From Vermamoeba vermiformis (Eukaryota), in NCBI GenBank assembly GCA_045837725.1, contig JBEWZL010000304.1, positions 1-64,000 on the forward strand: a DNA stretch of 64,000 nt. The letters are read 5' to 3'. A program made the translations under genes and the position numbers. Below are positions 34,601 to 49,600 of this stretch, in pieces. Every line of letters starts with the position of its first letter. The stretch's first letter is position 1. The notes under the pieces were generated by a model, which ran no database searches, was not told the origin of the DNA, and saw only the letters and a program-made list of their open reading frames with translations.

Positions 34601-35967
34601 TTAGTACTTTGTAATTAGGAGGTATTTTCTGTATACCTTAGTAACAGATGTCTTCGCTGTCGCTGCAGTAGTTGGTTTTACCGCGGTAGTAGCAGGTTTT
34701 GTTGCGGTGGTCTTGGCTGAAGCTGGCTTTGCTGTTGTAGATGTGGTCGGTTTTGTCGCAGGGACTTTAGATGAAGTTGTGGTTGTTGTAGTTGGCTTCG
34801 TGGCCGTCGTAGTGGCGGGCTTTTTAACCGCAGAAGTGGTGGTCGGCTTAACAGTAGTTGTGGCGGGTTTGACTGTAGTGGATGTGGGTTTTGTCGAGAT
34901 AGTGGCAGGCTTAGTAACGGATGTAGCAGTGCTATCAGTCTTATTTGTATTGGAAGCCGTGGTTGACGTCGATGTGGCAGTGGTTGTGGCTGCAGGTTTC
35001 TTTACTGCAGCGGGTTTCGTGGTCGTTGTGACTGCTGGTTTAGGCGATGTTGTCACGGGCTTGGTGGCAGTCGTAGTGGGCTTAGAAGTCGGTGATGTTT
35101 TGACAGTTGTAGTAGTTGGCTTTAACGTTGTTGAGGTGGGTTTTGGCGATACTTTAGTGGCAGTAGTAGTGCTTGTGGGAGATGGTTTTGGTGTCGTTGT
35201 CGTCGATGTCTTGACCGGTGATTTTGTGGCTGTCGTGGTTGTGGTTGGTTTCTTTGGAGGAGAAGTTGAAGGCTTGTGCGTAGGGCTAGTTTTAGTTGTT
35301 GTAACATTAAGTCTTGGCGACTTTTTGTCTTCGCTGCTGTGATCGCTTTTGGAGTCATCATGTTTCACCACGTTCGTATTATTATCCTCCTTTGAATCGT
35401 GGCTTTTATCCGCAGTCGTGCTAGTGGTCGCAGGCTTCTTAGCGGTGGTTGCCGTGGTCGTTGGTTTCTTGACAGCGGGTGACACTTTTATCGCTGGTTT
35501 GACACTCGGTGACACGCGTGTTGGTGTCGTAGATTTTCCACTGGCCAGAGTTGGTGTCTTCGGCGTTGTAGCGGGCGACGCTCGTCTGAAATTTCCGTTT
35601 GTTAGTCATATTATTAATACCTAAGAAAGAAAACCTACTTCCCAGGGCTGGTCTTTGGCGGAGTTGGAGGCCACGCGGGCAAGTCAGGCTTAGGACTTGA
35701 AGTTGGTGTAGTTGTTTTAGAGGTCTTAGGTGTGCTCGTCTTTGGACCAGGCGAACTCAACGGAGATTTGTGGATCTTCAAGCTGCCCGCTGTTGTTGCA
35801 GCTGTTTTAGCGCTGGATCCGGTTGGCTTTGTCGTGGTAATTTTAGGAGGGGTGTTATTATTATCATTATTGCTATTTATCTTCTTATCCTTAGTCGCGT
35901 TGTCCGTATGATTATTGCTTGTTTCTTGCTTCTGCGTGTCTTCGTCGGCTTCCGAGTGATCGTCCAT
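31678..35967 (-). CDS. Low-complexity protein (T/K/P-rich, then E/H-rich repeats) with C-terminal SH3 domain (multi-exon)
   Basis: SH3 YKAEVIYEYKSEDSQRLSIKPGDVIVVLEQGEPGGWWLGELNGQEGYFPENYC. KPTTT repeats at 34600-35500. EEHKPEEHV 27-bp repeats at ~33340-33590. Confidence 0.8.
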
Positions 35968-36418
35968 TTTAATTAATTCAAAATTAATTGCTAAAGCACC
36001 TAAATAATTAAAATGACGATATTAGGCCGCTTTCTGATTTAACGTAACAAATTGAGATAATTATTAACTGATTAAATTAAATTATCGTTGGTATCGAGAA
36101 GTTTCATCTTAATTCGTCAGAAACCAAATTAATCAAATAAAAAATGTTAAAATTAATGCATTAACGCGAAACAGCATTAATTGCTGGATGCAGATTGAAT
36201 GGATCACTGACCTGCAATATGTAATCAATCGAATGGCTCGAAGTTTGTAACGTGAATATGCACTACCTTACAGTATTGTGCTTATATTCAGCTTGGTGGA
36301 CAAAAACACTGAGTTTTCTCTGTTCAACGTCTGCGCGCGTTTTTTAAAATATCTCAACGTATCTCCGATCTATTACTTTATTTACAAATTCAATACCACA
36401 ACAAAAGCAAACACTATT

Positions 36419-37021
36419 TTATCGCCACTTAGGACCGCCATTCGGATTATGCCTCTTCTTGCGACGCAGTTCCAAATCTGCCGCGTGCTGCTCTAGTGCT
36501 CGTGTGATTAACGCTGAATTTACTACAGGAGCCGAGGTAGTACGTCTAATATATAGAATTACTATATTGCAAATAATATGGGGTCAGATAGACGTACGCT
36601 GGTCTGGGCGTCAGTCGCGTGAGCCAAATCTGCGCAGCTTGTTCCCTCTGTTCACATTTACGGTACTCTAAAATATATCGTTGTTTATATGTTAATTTTG
36701 CTTGGTTTTGCAATTGTTTTCTTTTTCCTAAATCCATCCAAAATTAGTTCGCTATTTCTCACCAACATTTAATATCAATATCAATATGTTTACTTGCTAA
36801 TGATATTTACCCTTCTTCATTGCAATTTTTTTATTTCCGTAAGTCTTCAAAAAAGCAGATTTCCAAGCCTCATTGTCGCAGCTGATCGCGTACCACAAAA
36901 TACACGTCTCAGAGACACTTAACAAATCTTCGCCAGCCAAATATGAAAAGCAACGCACGAGGACTTCATCAGGTAAGTCGTTTACGTAGATGTCAAAAGA
37001 CGATGTTCTGTTGTCCTCCAT
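36419..37021 (-). CDS. Small F-box protein (3 exons)
   Basis: F-box NDLPDEVLVRCFSYLAGEDLLSVSETCILWYAISCDNEAWK. The spliced frame ends RRKKRHNPNGGPKWR*. Confidence 0.8.
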
Positions 37022-37279
37022 CTTTTTCTGTTCGCTCAAATAATGAAGCAAACTTGCATTGAGGTTAAGTAGTTAAGCTACATTTACTAAGATGGCACTT
37101 TCATACTAAACAAGGTTGTTGTATGGATCCGCGCCATTTCAATAAACCTGTACAGCAATGCTATCGTCAAAATTCTCTTTAATTTTAGCAATAGTATTAC
37201 GGGTACGAGAGTGCACGTGGTCACTAAGCAGAAAGAAAAGATTATGAGTATTTATTGTACAGCTGATCTGCGAGGTTAA

Positions 37280-40200
37280 TTACAAACAATAGAAGTACAG
37301 CGCGAGTGATAGAACAACGAGTTGTAGTGCGGAATGAGTAGCACGTGATCCACTCGCTGCAGAGTGAGGCGTAGCTGTTTCTGCTTGAGGTGTGTTGCCG
37401 GCCTGAACAGGGGCGTTGCTCACAGGAACAGGAACGGGCGAAGCAATAGGCTCAGGTACGTTGTTGATTGGTGGATTTACTGTTACTGGCGCGCTGACTG
37501 GTGCACTGACTGGCGCACTGACTGGCGGAGTGACCGGTGTTTCATGAACGGGCGTATTAACTGGAGCAGCAACAGGTACCGCGATTGGAGTAGGGATAGG
37601 TGCGGGTAGCGTGCCTGTAATTGTCATCGTTAGACTTGCCATATTAGGAAATCACGTGACCATGGAAGACTTACTGCAGATATGTTGCGAGCAATAGCCC
37701 GAAGAACAATCGTTCGAGAGGAGGCAAGATTTGTTGAGCGCACACTTCGCGCAACTGCCACCACAGTCAGTGTCGGTCTCGTCTTGATTCAGAATGCCGT
37801 CGTTGCAGGTCGCGGGGGTGAGCACTAATAATAACAGCATTAGGACTTGTTGAAGTCAAAGCAAGTTGTCGTTACTTACCGCAAATACCTTGCGTGCAAT
37901 TGTCTGAAGCGCAGTCAGAATTGATGAGGCACTTCAAATTTAAAGCGCAAGGACTGCATGAGCCACCACAATCTTGATCTGTTTCATCACCATTCTTAAT
38001 TTGGTCATCGCATGCTGGGGCGACTGGAATAAAATTTGAAGGTCAGATCCGAATCTGGTTTTCAATTTTGAGACAAGACTTACCACACAATCCGTTCAAA
38101 CAATGCAAGCTAGTACAATCTTCATTGATGTTGCATGTTTTGTCTACTGGGCAAGGTTGGCAGTCAGATCCACCGCAGTCCACGGCAGTTTCAAATCCGT
38201 TTTGAATGGCGTCGTCGCACGTTGAGTTAGCTGCATAATTGGCTTAATATACGAATAAATTGATGTAAAAGTACATACCACACTTATAATCAACGCAATT
38301 AAGACTAAGACAATCTGAGTTTTTGTCGCAAGTTAATCCAGCGTCACATCCGGTACATGAACCGCCGCAATCAGTGTCGGTTTCGTTGCCATTGTGAATT
38401 CCATCAGTACAAGTAGGAGCCACTGTAATAATTAATTAGTATCTTATAGATCATGAAAAATTAATGCACGTACGGCAAGTGAAGAACACGCAGTTAAGGC
38501 TCTGACAATCATTGCCGTTGAAGCATCGACTGCCCGATGGACAAGCATTGCACGTGGGACCTCCGCAATCAGTACTAGTCTCTTGGCCGTTCTTCACATT
38601 ATCGGTACAAGTCGGGGTTTCTAGGAAAAAAAATTAGATCCACTTCAAAGCTCAAAAGTGCTGGATCTACTTACGACAAGTATCGTTAATGCATATACCA
38701 CTAGTACAATCACTAGCTAACAAACAGTTCTTTCCGTTACCGCAAGGTGAACAGCCAAGAGCACCACCGCAGTCCACATCCGTCTCAGCACCGTTCATAA
38801 TTCGATCATTGCAAGTAGGCATTACTATAAGAGTCATTAATAATCATATCCATAGCAAAGTATGAATGTCGTTCTTACTGCATTTTCCTTCTGCGCAACT
38901 CAAGCTCGAACAATCTGAATTGCTCAAGCATTTTTGTCCTTGCGAGCACGTGGGACAATTAGGACCTCCACAGTCATAATCGGTCTCGCCTTGGTTAATG
39001 ATACTGTCATCACACGTAGGTGATTCTACATTGAAATTAATAAATGAATTAAAATTATTTTCGGTACTTACGACAGATGCCGTTGAGGCAATTATTGCTC
39101 GTGCAACCCGAACTATCGAGGCACTTTCCTCCAGGAGCACATCCACCGCAAACAAGACCGCCACAATCGACATCGACTTCGTCTTGATTTTGGATCTGGT
39201 CGTCGCATGTCGGTGCCACTAAGTGCAATCAATTACGCTACTGTATCATCGTATTGTAGTCTTGGTATACTCACGACAAGTGGTTCCATTGCAGTGAAGA
39301 CTCGTGCAATCATTATTGACCAAACACATTTGATCGTCAAGGCAGTTTGCAGTACAATTAGTGCCACCACAATCAACGTCAGTCTCGTCTTGATTGCGAA
39401 TGCCATCAGAGCACGTGGCCTCAACTAACATCCAAGCATTAGATTCGGAGAGATAGGCGTTGTTGTGAAGTTTTACGTACCGCAAACGAGGTTGTCGCAA
39501 TGCAAGCTGACACAATCGCTGTTGACTTTGCAGCTTGAGTTATCGCTACACTTGTCGCAGTTATTGCCTCCACAGTCCTTAGAGGTCTCATTGCCGTTCA
39601 AAATGTTGTCACTACATGTCGGTGCTTGACACACTTCATTGACGCAGTTTTTGCTCGTGCAGTCAGCATCAAGTTTGCACCCGAGACCTGGATCACAAGC
39701 AGAGCAAGGACCACCACAATCAATGTCAGTCTCGCCTTGGTTCTTAATGGAGTCCGAGCACGTGGCCTTAACTAAGATCCGAGCATTAGATCTGAGATGC
39801 AATGACTTGTAACTGAGTTTTACGTACCGCAAATGAGGTTGTCGCAATGCAAGCTGACACAATCACTGTTGATTTTGCAGGTTGAGTCATCATTGCATTG
39901 ACCGCAATCGTTGCCTCCACAGTCCTTAGAGGTCTCATTGCCGTTCAGAATGTTGTCCGAACATGTCGGTGCTTGGCAGACTTCATTGACGCAGTTTTTG
40001 CTCGTGCAGTCCGCATCAACTTTGCACCCGAAACCTGGATTACAAGCAGAGCAGGGACCACCACAGTCAACGTCAGTCTCGGCTTGGTTCTTAATCGAAT
40101 CTGAGCACGTGGCAGCGACTATAAGAAAAGGTTAATTGACCCGAAAGGCGTCACCTGTCAGTATTTTAGCGTACCGCAAATGTAGCTAGTACAGTTAAGA

Positions 40201-43200
40201 CTGGCACAGTCTGCGTTGACCAAACAAGCCTTCGTGTCGGGACATGATTGGCACGTGGAACCACCGCAATCAGTGTCGGTCTCATCTTGATTTTTAATGG
40301 AGTCGATGCAAGTGGGAGCGGCTTAAATTTGTATTAATACTTAAATTGAAGGGTAAATTGGAATGGCTTACCGCACAAATTGTTGACGCAATGAAGACTA
40401 GTGCAATCTGAATTGGCCAAACATTTTTTGGAGTCTTCACACTTAGCGCAATTTCCACCGCAATCAACGTCCGTTTCTTCGTTGTTTTGAATTGTGTCGT
40501 TACAGGTTGCAGCCACTTGCAGAAGCGTCAATAAGTAATTTCTTGTAAGTATTTTTACATACCACAAGTCAATGCCGAGCAGTGCAAACTAACACAGTCG
40601 CTATTGACAGAGCAACTCTTGGTGTCATCACATTTCTTATCGCAAATTCCACCGCAATCAGTGTCGGTTTCGTTCTGATTTTTGATACTGTCGAAGCAAG
40701 TAGCAGCGACTTAATTATGCTTTAGTATTATGCTTCACGATGGTCATTGGTACTTACCGCACACTTCGGCGGCACAATGAAGACTAATGCAGTCTGAGTC
40801 AACTTTGCAAGCATTATTGTCCTCACACTTGTTGCATGAACCACCGCAGTCAGTGGCTGTTTCATCGCCGTTCAGAATTTGGTCATCGCATGCAGGGGCG
40901 ACTATAATATGCTATGATTAGCATCAAGCTCAATGAGGCGTCAAGTAGTTGTATACTTACCACAGAAGGTACCATTGCAATGCAAACTGGTGCAGTCCGC
41001 GTTTGCTTTGCAAGTTTTGTTATCGGAACAAGGGGAGCAAGTACCTCCACAATCGGTATCGGTTTCATTGCCGTTCTTTATCGTATCGTTGCATGTTGGT
41101 AATGCTATTCACGAGGTTAGCATCACTACTCACAGATCCCCAATGCAGAAACTTCAAAACTTACCGCACTTTAATCCAAAACAGTGCAAGCTTGTGCAAT
41201 CGGTGTCTACTTGACAGGATTGATCAAAGCCACACGGATCACAAACTCCACCGCAATCAGTGTCAGTTTCATTTTGGTTGTGGATCCCGTCTGAGCACGT
41301 AGCAGTTACTAATAACAATCATTAGGCCATTGTTTAGAGATTAAATAAATACGTGTCACTTACTGCAAGTAGTGTCACAATGGAGACTAATGCAGTCTGA
41401 GTCAACTTTGCAAGTGTTGCCATCATCACACTTGCTGCACGAGCCACCGCAGTCAGTGGCCGTTTCATCGCCGTTCATAATTTGGTCGTCGCACGCAGGA
41501 GCGACTACATTAATAGTACATCAGTAATTTGGTTTAGAAGTCTCTGCTAATGAGTGTAGACTTACCGCAAGTACCGCTGTCACAATGCAAGCTGGTGCAA
41601 TCTTCGTTGACTTTGCACACTTTATTATCAGCGCAAGCTGAGCAAGTGCCTCCACAGTCAATGTCTGTCTCGTTGCCGTTCTTTATCGTGTCGTTGCAAG
41701 TCGGTAGAGCTTAAAAAAATAGTTAGATCTGGTCACCGAGGTCTGCTCGAATAAACTTACCACACTTTAATCCAAAACAGTGCAAGCTTGTGCAATCGGT
41801 GTCTACTTGGCAGGATTGATTGAATCCACATGGATCACAAACTCCACCGCAATCAGTATCGGTTTCATTTTGGTTGTGGATCCCGTCTGAGCACGTGGCA
41901 GGAACTGATATCAAGTCGTTAGTATTGTAGCCTTAGAATATTCACAACATTGTACTTACTGCAAGTAGAGTCACAATGAAGACTAATGCAATCTGAGTTC
42001 ACTTTACAGGCATTGTTGTCCTCACACTTGTTGCACGAGCCACCGCAGTCAGTGGCTGTTTCATCGCCGTTCAGAATTTGGTCATCGCATGCAGGGGCGA
42101 CTATAATATGATATGATTAGCATCAAGGTAGTGAGGCGTCAAGTAGTAGTTGTATACTTACCACAGAAGGTACCATTGCAATGCAAACTAGTGCAGTCTT
42201 CGTTGATCTTGCAAGCTTTTTCGTCGGCACAAGGGGAGCAAGTACCTCCGCAGTCAGTGTCGGTCTCGTTACCGTTCTTAATCGTATCGTCACAGGTTGG
42301 TAAAGCTACAAGAAGGCTTAGGACAGGTGTTGGAAGATCCACTCCAAAAATACTTACCGCACTTCAGGCTAACGCAATGCAAGCTCGTGCAATCAATATC
42401 AACATCGCAACTCTGATTATATCCGCATGGATCACAAACTCCACCGCAATCAATGTCGGTTTCGTTTTGGTTACGGATCGAATCCGAACATGTTGCGGGG
42501 ACTAAGTTTTTAAAGTTAGCCTCTTAAGAAAAAAAAACATCACACAAGCACGCTACTTACCACAGAAGGTACCATTACAATGCAAGCTCAGGCAGTCATC
42601 GTCGACAAGACAAGAAATTTCATCGCCACACTTGGGACACGAAGAGGTAACTCCACCGCAGTCCACGCCAGTTTCATCTTGGTTTTTGATGCCGTCAGTG
42701 CACGATTGAGCAACTAAATATACGTGAGTATGAAATAAGATTTAAAGAGTCTTCCTTACTGCAAATTCCACTGGTGCAAATGTTGGATTGACAGTCTTCG
42801 TTGACGTTGCATTGAAGGTCATTAGCGCACTTGTACAGCGCATTGCAGTTGTCTCCTCCGCAGTTCAAATCAGTCTCGCCCCAGTTCTTGATGCCGTCAA
42901 GACACGGAGATTCTAAAAAAGGAAATTGAGTCACATGGCTAGCAGATTGGACATGTCTAAGTTGACTTACCGCACGTGTTCGTGGTTGAGGAGCAGTAGT
43001 TTTGCAAGCAATCCAAGTTGTTTGAGCAAGTCTTGCCGCTAGGACATTGAGCGCAAAAGGGTCCACCACAGTCGATGTCAGTCTCTCCAATCTCTGTGGA
43101 TAACAATCCATCGCTGCAAAGGGTAGTCGGACTCATTGTAATGCCAAGGAAAAATGTCTGGAGCGGGGATTCGTCGACCAAAGTGGCATCTTCGGTAAGG

Positions 43201-44345
43201 TCTATGAACCTAATGATCTTTCCTGTCGAAGTGCCTACAAGCAAAATGGTATCGCCATTGGAGTCAGTGTAGCCAAAAATACTGATCGGGCTCAGAACAT
43301 CAGCAGATCCGGATGAGACCCACGAATCTCCAGACTTGACAAATTTCTGGAGCTTTCCCAAGCTTTTAGATACGACGTATAATGTATCAAATCCAACGAT
43401 ATTGTTCGTAGCATCGAGAATGGCAAAGTCAAAAAAGGAAGATCCAACCGCATTCAAAGACTGCGAGCTGGATACTTGAATGACGTGCGTGTTGTTGCCG
43501 ACGTATAGCTCGTTGTTGAATATTTTGACAGTAAGAATGTTGTTGGAGGTGGCTACAACGCTGGCGATACCCGAGTCCAACGATTTCTGAACCACTTTTT
43601 GTGTTCCAGATGTCCACGTTTCATTTCCACTTGAAACGGCAGCGCTGACAAAACTATTACTATCAAAGGTATTGACCCATAAAATGCTCTGGGTAATAGC
43701 TCCAGTATTGTCGATGAAGGCTGAGAGGCGAGCCTCGGATGTCGACGGCGCAACTGGATCAGAATAGCAAGCCAATCCTAACGTAGTTCTGTCGGGAGAT
43801 ATTGCGAGCTTTCCTTCTATCATGCTTCCTGTAAGCGTGCATTTAGGGCTATCGCTGGTTGACCTGGATGTACTAATTAATACCGTAAAGATTCCAAAAT
43901 TGGAACTATTGAATCATGAACAATATTTAAAGTACTAATAATGTATTAGAGAGCAAGTATTGCGTGGCAATCAAAGCAAATAGTCCCGTATTCAATCACC
44001 TGTCACCAACGCTTTTCATTAAATAGAAGGAAATAGCGCGAATTGAATTCCATTAATATCACTTACGTAGGAAGGTCTATTTGTTGCAACTTTGTGCCAT
44101 TTAGCGCATATTCTACCAAAGAAACTGATTTTTCGAGCGGGCCTGCATAGTTGTTATTAATCTTGAATACAAACATGCAAGATATTAACGTAATATTATA
44201 AACTAATAAAATTAAGCTACTCACTGGACGTTCCGTCTATTTTCGTTACAATAAAACTTCCAGGCTGAAACGCCGCGCAGTAAACAGATCTAACGCAACA
44301 GCTAATCAGAATAGCTGCCAGTAGTATTGTGATTATACTACGCAT
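37280..44345 (-). CDS. Large Cys-rich repeat surface protein (28 repeats), probable GPI anchor
   Basis: Signal peptide MRSIITILLAAILISCCVRSVYC. ~330-aa beta-rich head. 28 repeats of TCxDxIxNxxETDxDCGGxCxxCxxxxxCxxxxDCxSxxCxxxxC. P/V/A/T stalk. Hydrophobic C-terminus ALQLVVLSLALYFYCL. Confidence 0.9.
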
Positions 44346-45118
44346 GGCGTTGTATTGAGTGCAATAGTTAATAATGGCAGCTATTCCAGCGTAACCTGCC
44401 AAAACAGAATTGGGACGTGAAGCTGTCATAAAATGGCATGCTCGTCACATTAGATTCACGCTCGGTACCATCCAGGCACGATACTAACGCATGCTTAATT
44501 CTTTGATCAATGAATGATGGTGAGAAAAGAAGCGAGTTAGATCCGGACCTGAAATTTTGAACGACAGATCTGTCAGTTACAACGGAGGCATCGAATCGTT
44601 TGCATGAGTGCCAATATATTTTCTTGCAGCGTATATTTGTTGCAATTTTGATTATCATTTTCTTCTCGCGCGAATTTGGTGTAATCTCCGAACTGCGAGC
44701 TACATTTGGCGGCGGTTTTTGTGTTTTCTTTCATGTCAACCGTTTGTATTATATAGCACTGTATATTTGTAATTATATCAATGAAGAGACCTAGCGTGGT
44801 GTTCTACGCTTGTTTAGTAGGTTTGTTGTACCTCTCCAATCTGCTTCTCGCCAGCATCTGGGTCTTGGGACTTGCTACATTATTGGCTTATCTAGTACGA
44901 AGGTAATTAAAATTACGGAAATGCATTTGAAGTTGAAATTCAGACTTGATCCGCGTTGCATTTCCCGATTCATTGGATAATAAATAAAAAATTAGTAAGT
45001 CGATAATTTATTCGTAATAATCAAGGATAATCTTATTTTGAATATTGCTGCCCCTGTAACTAATTTTGTTGCTCCAGATTCGTTTTTGAAACTCACCTGC
45101 AGCTGCCTGTACCTCAAA

Positions 45119-46343
45119 ATGGGGCTGTTCTTATTACAGGCACTTCAACAGGCATTGGAAAAGAACTATCTTTTCATTTCGCGAAGCGAGGATTCCTTGT
45201 AAGTTTGCCTTATGTTCTTCATTTTGCGTTCGATCTAAAAAATTGGTACAGGTATTTGCTACAGTTCGAAAGACCGAGGACGCTGAGAGATTGCATCGTG
45301 AGTGTCCTGAAAACAAGCATCTCCTCAAAACTGTGATCATGGGTACGCATCCACGTCGATCACAAAAATACTTTCCTTTTTTAGAATTGACCCTTTCTAT
45401 GCAGATACTACAAATGACGATCACGTGCGCGATGCCGTAGAAATTGTACGAACTGAACTCAAGCAATCGAACAAACAGTTATTTTGCCTGATCTGCAACG
45501 CAGGTGTTGCTGAAACGTACCCGATCGAGACAACCACAAGATACGCTTTTGACAAAATGTTCGGAGGTACAACATATCATGTTAAGATACATTAATCTAA
45601 CGTATCCAGCGAATGTTTATGGCACGATTTCGACAGTTCGTGGATTCGCTCCGTTGTTACGCGAGTTCACTGGTGAAGGCTCTCCTCGCATACTGTACGC
45701 CCTAATTTATCATTACTCCCATAGACTAATGATACGTAGTATTACATCGAGCTTGGCAGGCTTCTTCGCAACACAAGGACTTGGAATGTATTGCGCTTCA
45801 AAGCACGTAAGTCTGATATTATTTTTGGTCAATGATACGTCGGTAGTAACTCTGCAATAGGCTCTAGAGGCGATAGGCGATGCCCTTAGAATCGAGTTAA
45901 GATTTTGGAACATTAAAGTATCTGTTATCGAGCCTGGAACGTTCGAAAGTCCGATGATCCACGACATCCAAAACGAGTCAAAATATGAATTGGAACAATA
46001 TACGCCGATGATTAAGAACTTCAACGCTGCATTCGGACGTGCGTATATTAACTATTAGTCCTAATAACTCATCGCTAAACATGAACAGTGCTTTTCAAGT
46101 ATTTTGGTATCAAAAAGTTGGATACGTTGGTCGAAGCGATAGAAAGAGTGGTGCTTGCGAAGTATCCTCCTGCACGCAGAGCTGTTGGTGCGTAGTTTTA
46201 GTGTAGATAGGGTTCAGTATTTATGTAACTTTTTGTTCTTTGTAGGTTACGACACGGGCCTACTGTTCTTCGCTAATTGTTTGCCTGATTCAGTGATAAA
46301 CTTGTGTGCAACCTTAGCTGAGAAATTTGGCCAAATGCTATAA
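45119..46343 (+). CDS. Short-chain dehydrogenase/reductase (retinol/17-beta-HSD-like, multi-exon)
   Basis: VLITGTSTGIG, ICNAG, YCASK, ALEAIGDALRIEL, VSVIEPG. Confidence 0.92.
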
Positions 46344-46693
46344 TTTGGTGCCCTATTTGCTCAGTTGGAAGAAGATTTTGATGGCCCAACAGTTTACATT
46401 ATGCGATTATACTAAATAATCAGTTACTTAGGTCCTGCTGCATTTGTTTTTTTGTATCTATAAGATAAGAAATGACTCGATTTTTGTCACGCAGTCAGAA
46501 TAGAATCAGAACGCCAAATATTACTACGATTACGCTAAATACCTTACCTGCATCCGAACGTACTCTGAAATTTCTTCGTGACGATTGGTCACTTCGGTCG
46601 TTTCGTTAAAATACACGAACGATTTTTATTAAAAAGGCACAACTTTGGTGTTTCATTCACCGTTTTGTACACAACCGTTCATAACATTAAATT

Positions 46694-49600
46694 ATGAGCA
46701 CGAAGAGAAAATCCAGGGATGGTGGTGCTGAAGATCGCCCGCAGAAGAGAAGAAAAGTGGATCCAGGTAAAAAATAAATTAATACCGCGAAAAAATCGCA
46801 AAAATCAAATTAACGCTATATTTAGATGAATTAAATTCAGGAGAAAATCATGCACTGCATGATTATTTTAGCAACTTGCCAAGAGAGATTTTTACTCACA
46901 TCCTGTCTTTCGCTGATGATCCTATAGCCACGCAAATATTATCAATGACTTGCAAAAAATTCAACGAGTATATAGATCAATCAGCGAACGAAAATCGTTT
47001 GTGGCACTCGATCTACCTAAAAACCAAATTCCACGTCACCTGCGCTACTGTTAAGAACAATTCGTTATTAACGTGTAAGTAACATACCAATACATGCAAC
47101 ATATTGATATAAGAGCGTCAGTGGAGGATGTTCAATTTTGGGAAAACATGAACAAACTGGATGGTGCCGACTTGACGCTGGATTCGATAAGGGCGCAACA
47201 AGAACTTTACAATTCGCCCACTACGTACATACAATCGGAGAGAGAATGCGAAGAGGTAATTTTGTGCTGGGACAAGTGTGCAAAGGCTACGAACAATTAT
47301 TTTTGGCTAGGCCACAAATTTCTTGGAAACAAAAATGCTTATCTGACTCGGAAGTACCTTGTTGAATTTATATTTTATAAATGTCCTGGTAATATTAACA
47401 ACTTGGTAGTTGGAGGGTTACAGCCCTGAATGGTACTGGCCGAAGCCTCTAGAACTTTCAAAAGAGAATTACGATCCGAGCGTGAATTACAGAGAGTTAG
47501 CGATCGATTGTTGGTGGAAGAAATTGCAATTTGAGTTGTTTTTGAAGTTGGACGGCACGCAACAATCCCGCTTAAAACGACACCAAAATCCAGAATCGGA
47601 GAAAGAAGAAGAAAATAGCGATGACGATGACGATGTATCTACAGAAGAAAATAATAATAATTCCTCCGTAGAATCGCAAGAGGAATCGAGCGAAAATTCC
47701 GAAAAAGAAAATCGTATCTCGTCGGTTTCGGAGGAAGCAAAAGACGAAGAGGATGATGAAAGTGTTGATATGGAGCCTCGATATTTGGAGCACGATGTTA
47801 CATTAGCCTTTCTCAGGTAATTAATTGAAGTAGGCGGATCAAGATCTTGAAATTTTAATGACGACTTTGTGGAGCGGAAAATAATGATTCGCTTGCTCTA
47901 ACGTGATATTTTTAGAGAAATATCCGGGTCGGACCAATTTGGCCTCTTTTTACAAATCTTGAGCGGAGCTGCGGCTGGTCACATGCCTGCTCTCGATTAC
48001 GAAGTCCCTAAACATAGCGTAAGCCCAATTATATTACATGGTATTATTCTGAGGTCTAACTTACGATTTGCTAAAGAAATTGAATTGCTCATGTTCATCA
48101 AGTCTATCAATGAGCGCATCCGAGGCTGAACAATTTTTTGAACTTATCAAACAAGCTTTGAAGCTCGATTCTATCATCTGCATGCAACACATTATATGTG
48201 CCTTATATATGATTGGCATTATTGATATATTATATCTGCATGAACTGGCATCGCAGAATTTTCCTTATTTGGCAACTATTTATTCAGGTAAGTAATTGCC
48301 ACAACTCTCAACTATTGCTAGCAAGATACTAATATTGATCTAGTATATAATATCGAGCAACATTTTCTGCAATTAACCGTTGCAGAAAGCTCTTTTTTCT
48401 TTCTGTTCAATGCTGATCTGGATGAAAATTGCCCAAAATTGCCAGATTGGCTTGCTCGTAAGTTAAATTAAACCTTTAATTAATCATAATAACCTATATA
48501 TCCAGTTAACCAATCCATGTTTCGATTAATGCGCCGAGCTGGAATGGCTTTTGCTTCGCCAAATGCTACAGGTACTAATTAACCATTTATGAAGCCCAAT
48601 ATTAATGTCGAATATAGGATATGCTATTGAGACGCTTCGTGATTATATTAAAACCGTCATTAGTACGATTATCGAAAATAAGAAGCAAGATCCGACAGCG
48701 AAAAATACTAACGGCATTGACGTTGATTCGAGTGACGTTCAAAAAGCATTGATATCCATGACTATAGACAATGCATATGATTCTCATAATATACTCTATC
48801 GCGAGCACGAGTGGCTGAACGAGAACGAATTGATGATGTATTCGGACAGCGAGTGCGAGACTTACGAAAGTAGTTATGAAGACAGTAGTGTTGAAGACGA
48901 AGATTTGAGCGAATATTCGCCACAAGAACCTGAAAAGAAGAAAAATATGTTCGCTGATGAAAGCCTTGACGATGAAGATATTTGTGCCTTGCTCAATAAT
49001 TTTATCGATGAAAGCGAGGATTATACGCCCTTGAATGAATTGTTGAAGGTAAAAATATTGGCTAAATAAGGTAATTTATAGTACTAATTTTTATCCTAAT
49101 TTAGCAACAAATTCCGAGCCTTTCGAAAATCGACGATAGTCAATTATTCATTAACACTGCGATTAGGCACGCACAAATTGACGAAATCAAAAAGGAAGAA
49201 ACTATTGTTAATTCACGTAGCAATGAGTGGCAAAGCGTAGCCGATGAAAAGGAACATGAATTGGATGCCAGGTAGCTATCACCGCCAATTTAGAGCGAAA
49301 ACTTTTTCCGCGAAATTTCATCTCATAATTATTTTGACGAGACCGAATGTATTTTAGAAATAGCCTTTACCCAGCTGATAAGGAGCGAAAATTCTATTCG
49401 GTAACTAATGGATTGCTTCAGGATTGAACATTTTGAGCCAACATATCAGACTAATTTGCAAGCACTTGAAGGAGATGAATTGGCCGCAACTTGGGTGAAC
49501 ATTTGTTTGACTGAAGAAGCGTATTACTATCACGGCACAACTAAGCTTGATTCGGAAACAATTGACAAATTCATTGCAAAGTATGGCGAAGATATTCCGA

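Noticed and set aside
32557-35624. Long plus-strand hydrophobic or Cys-rich ORFs (e.g. 32892-33824, 34707-35342)
   Set aside because: Antisense shadows of the repetitive minus-strand SH3 gene.
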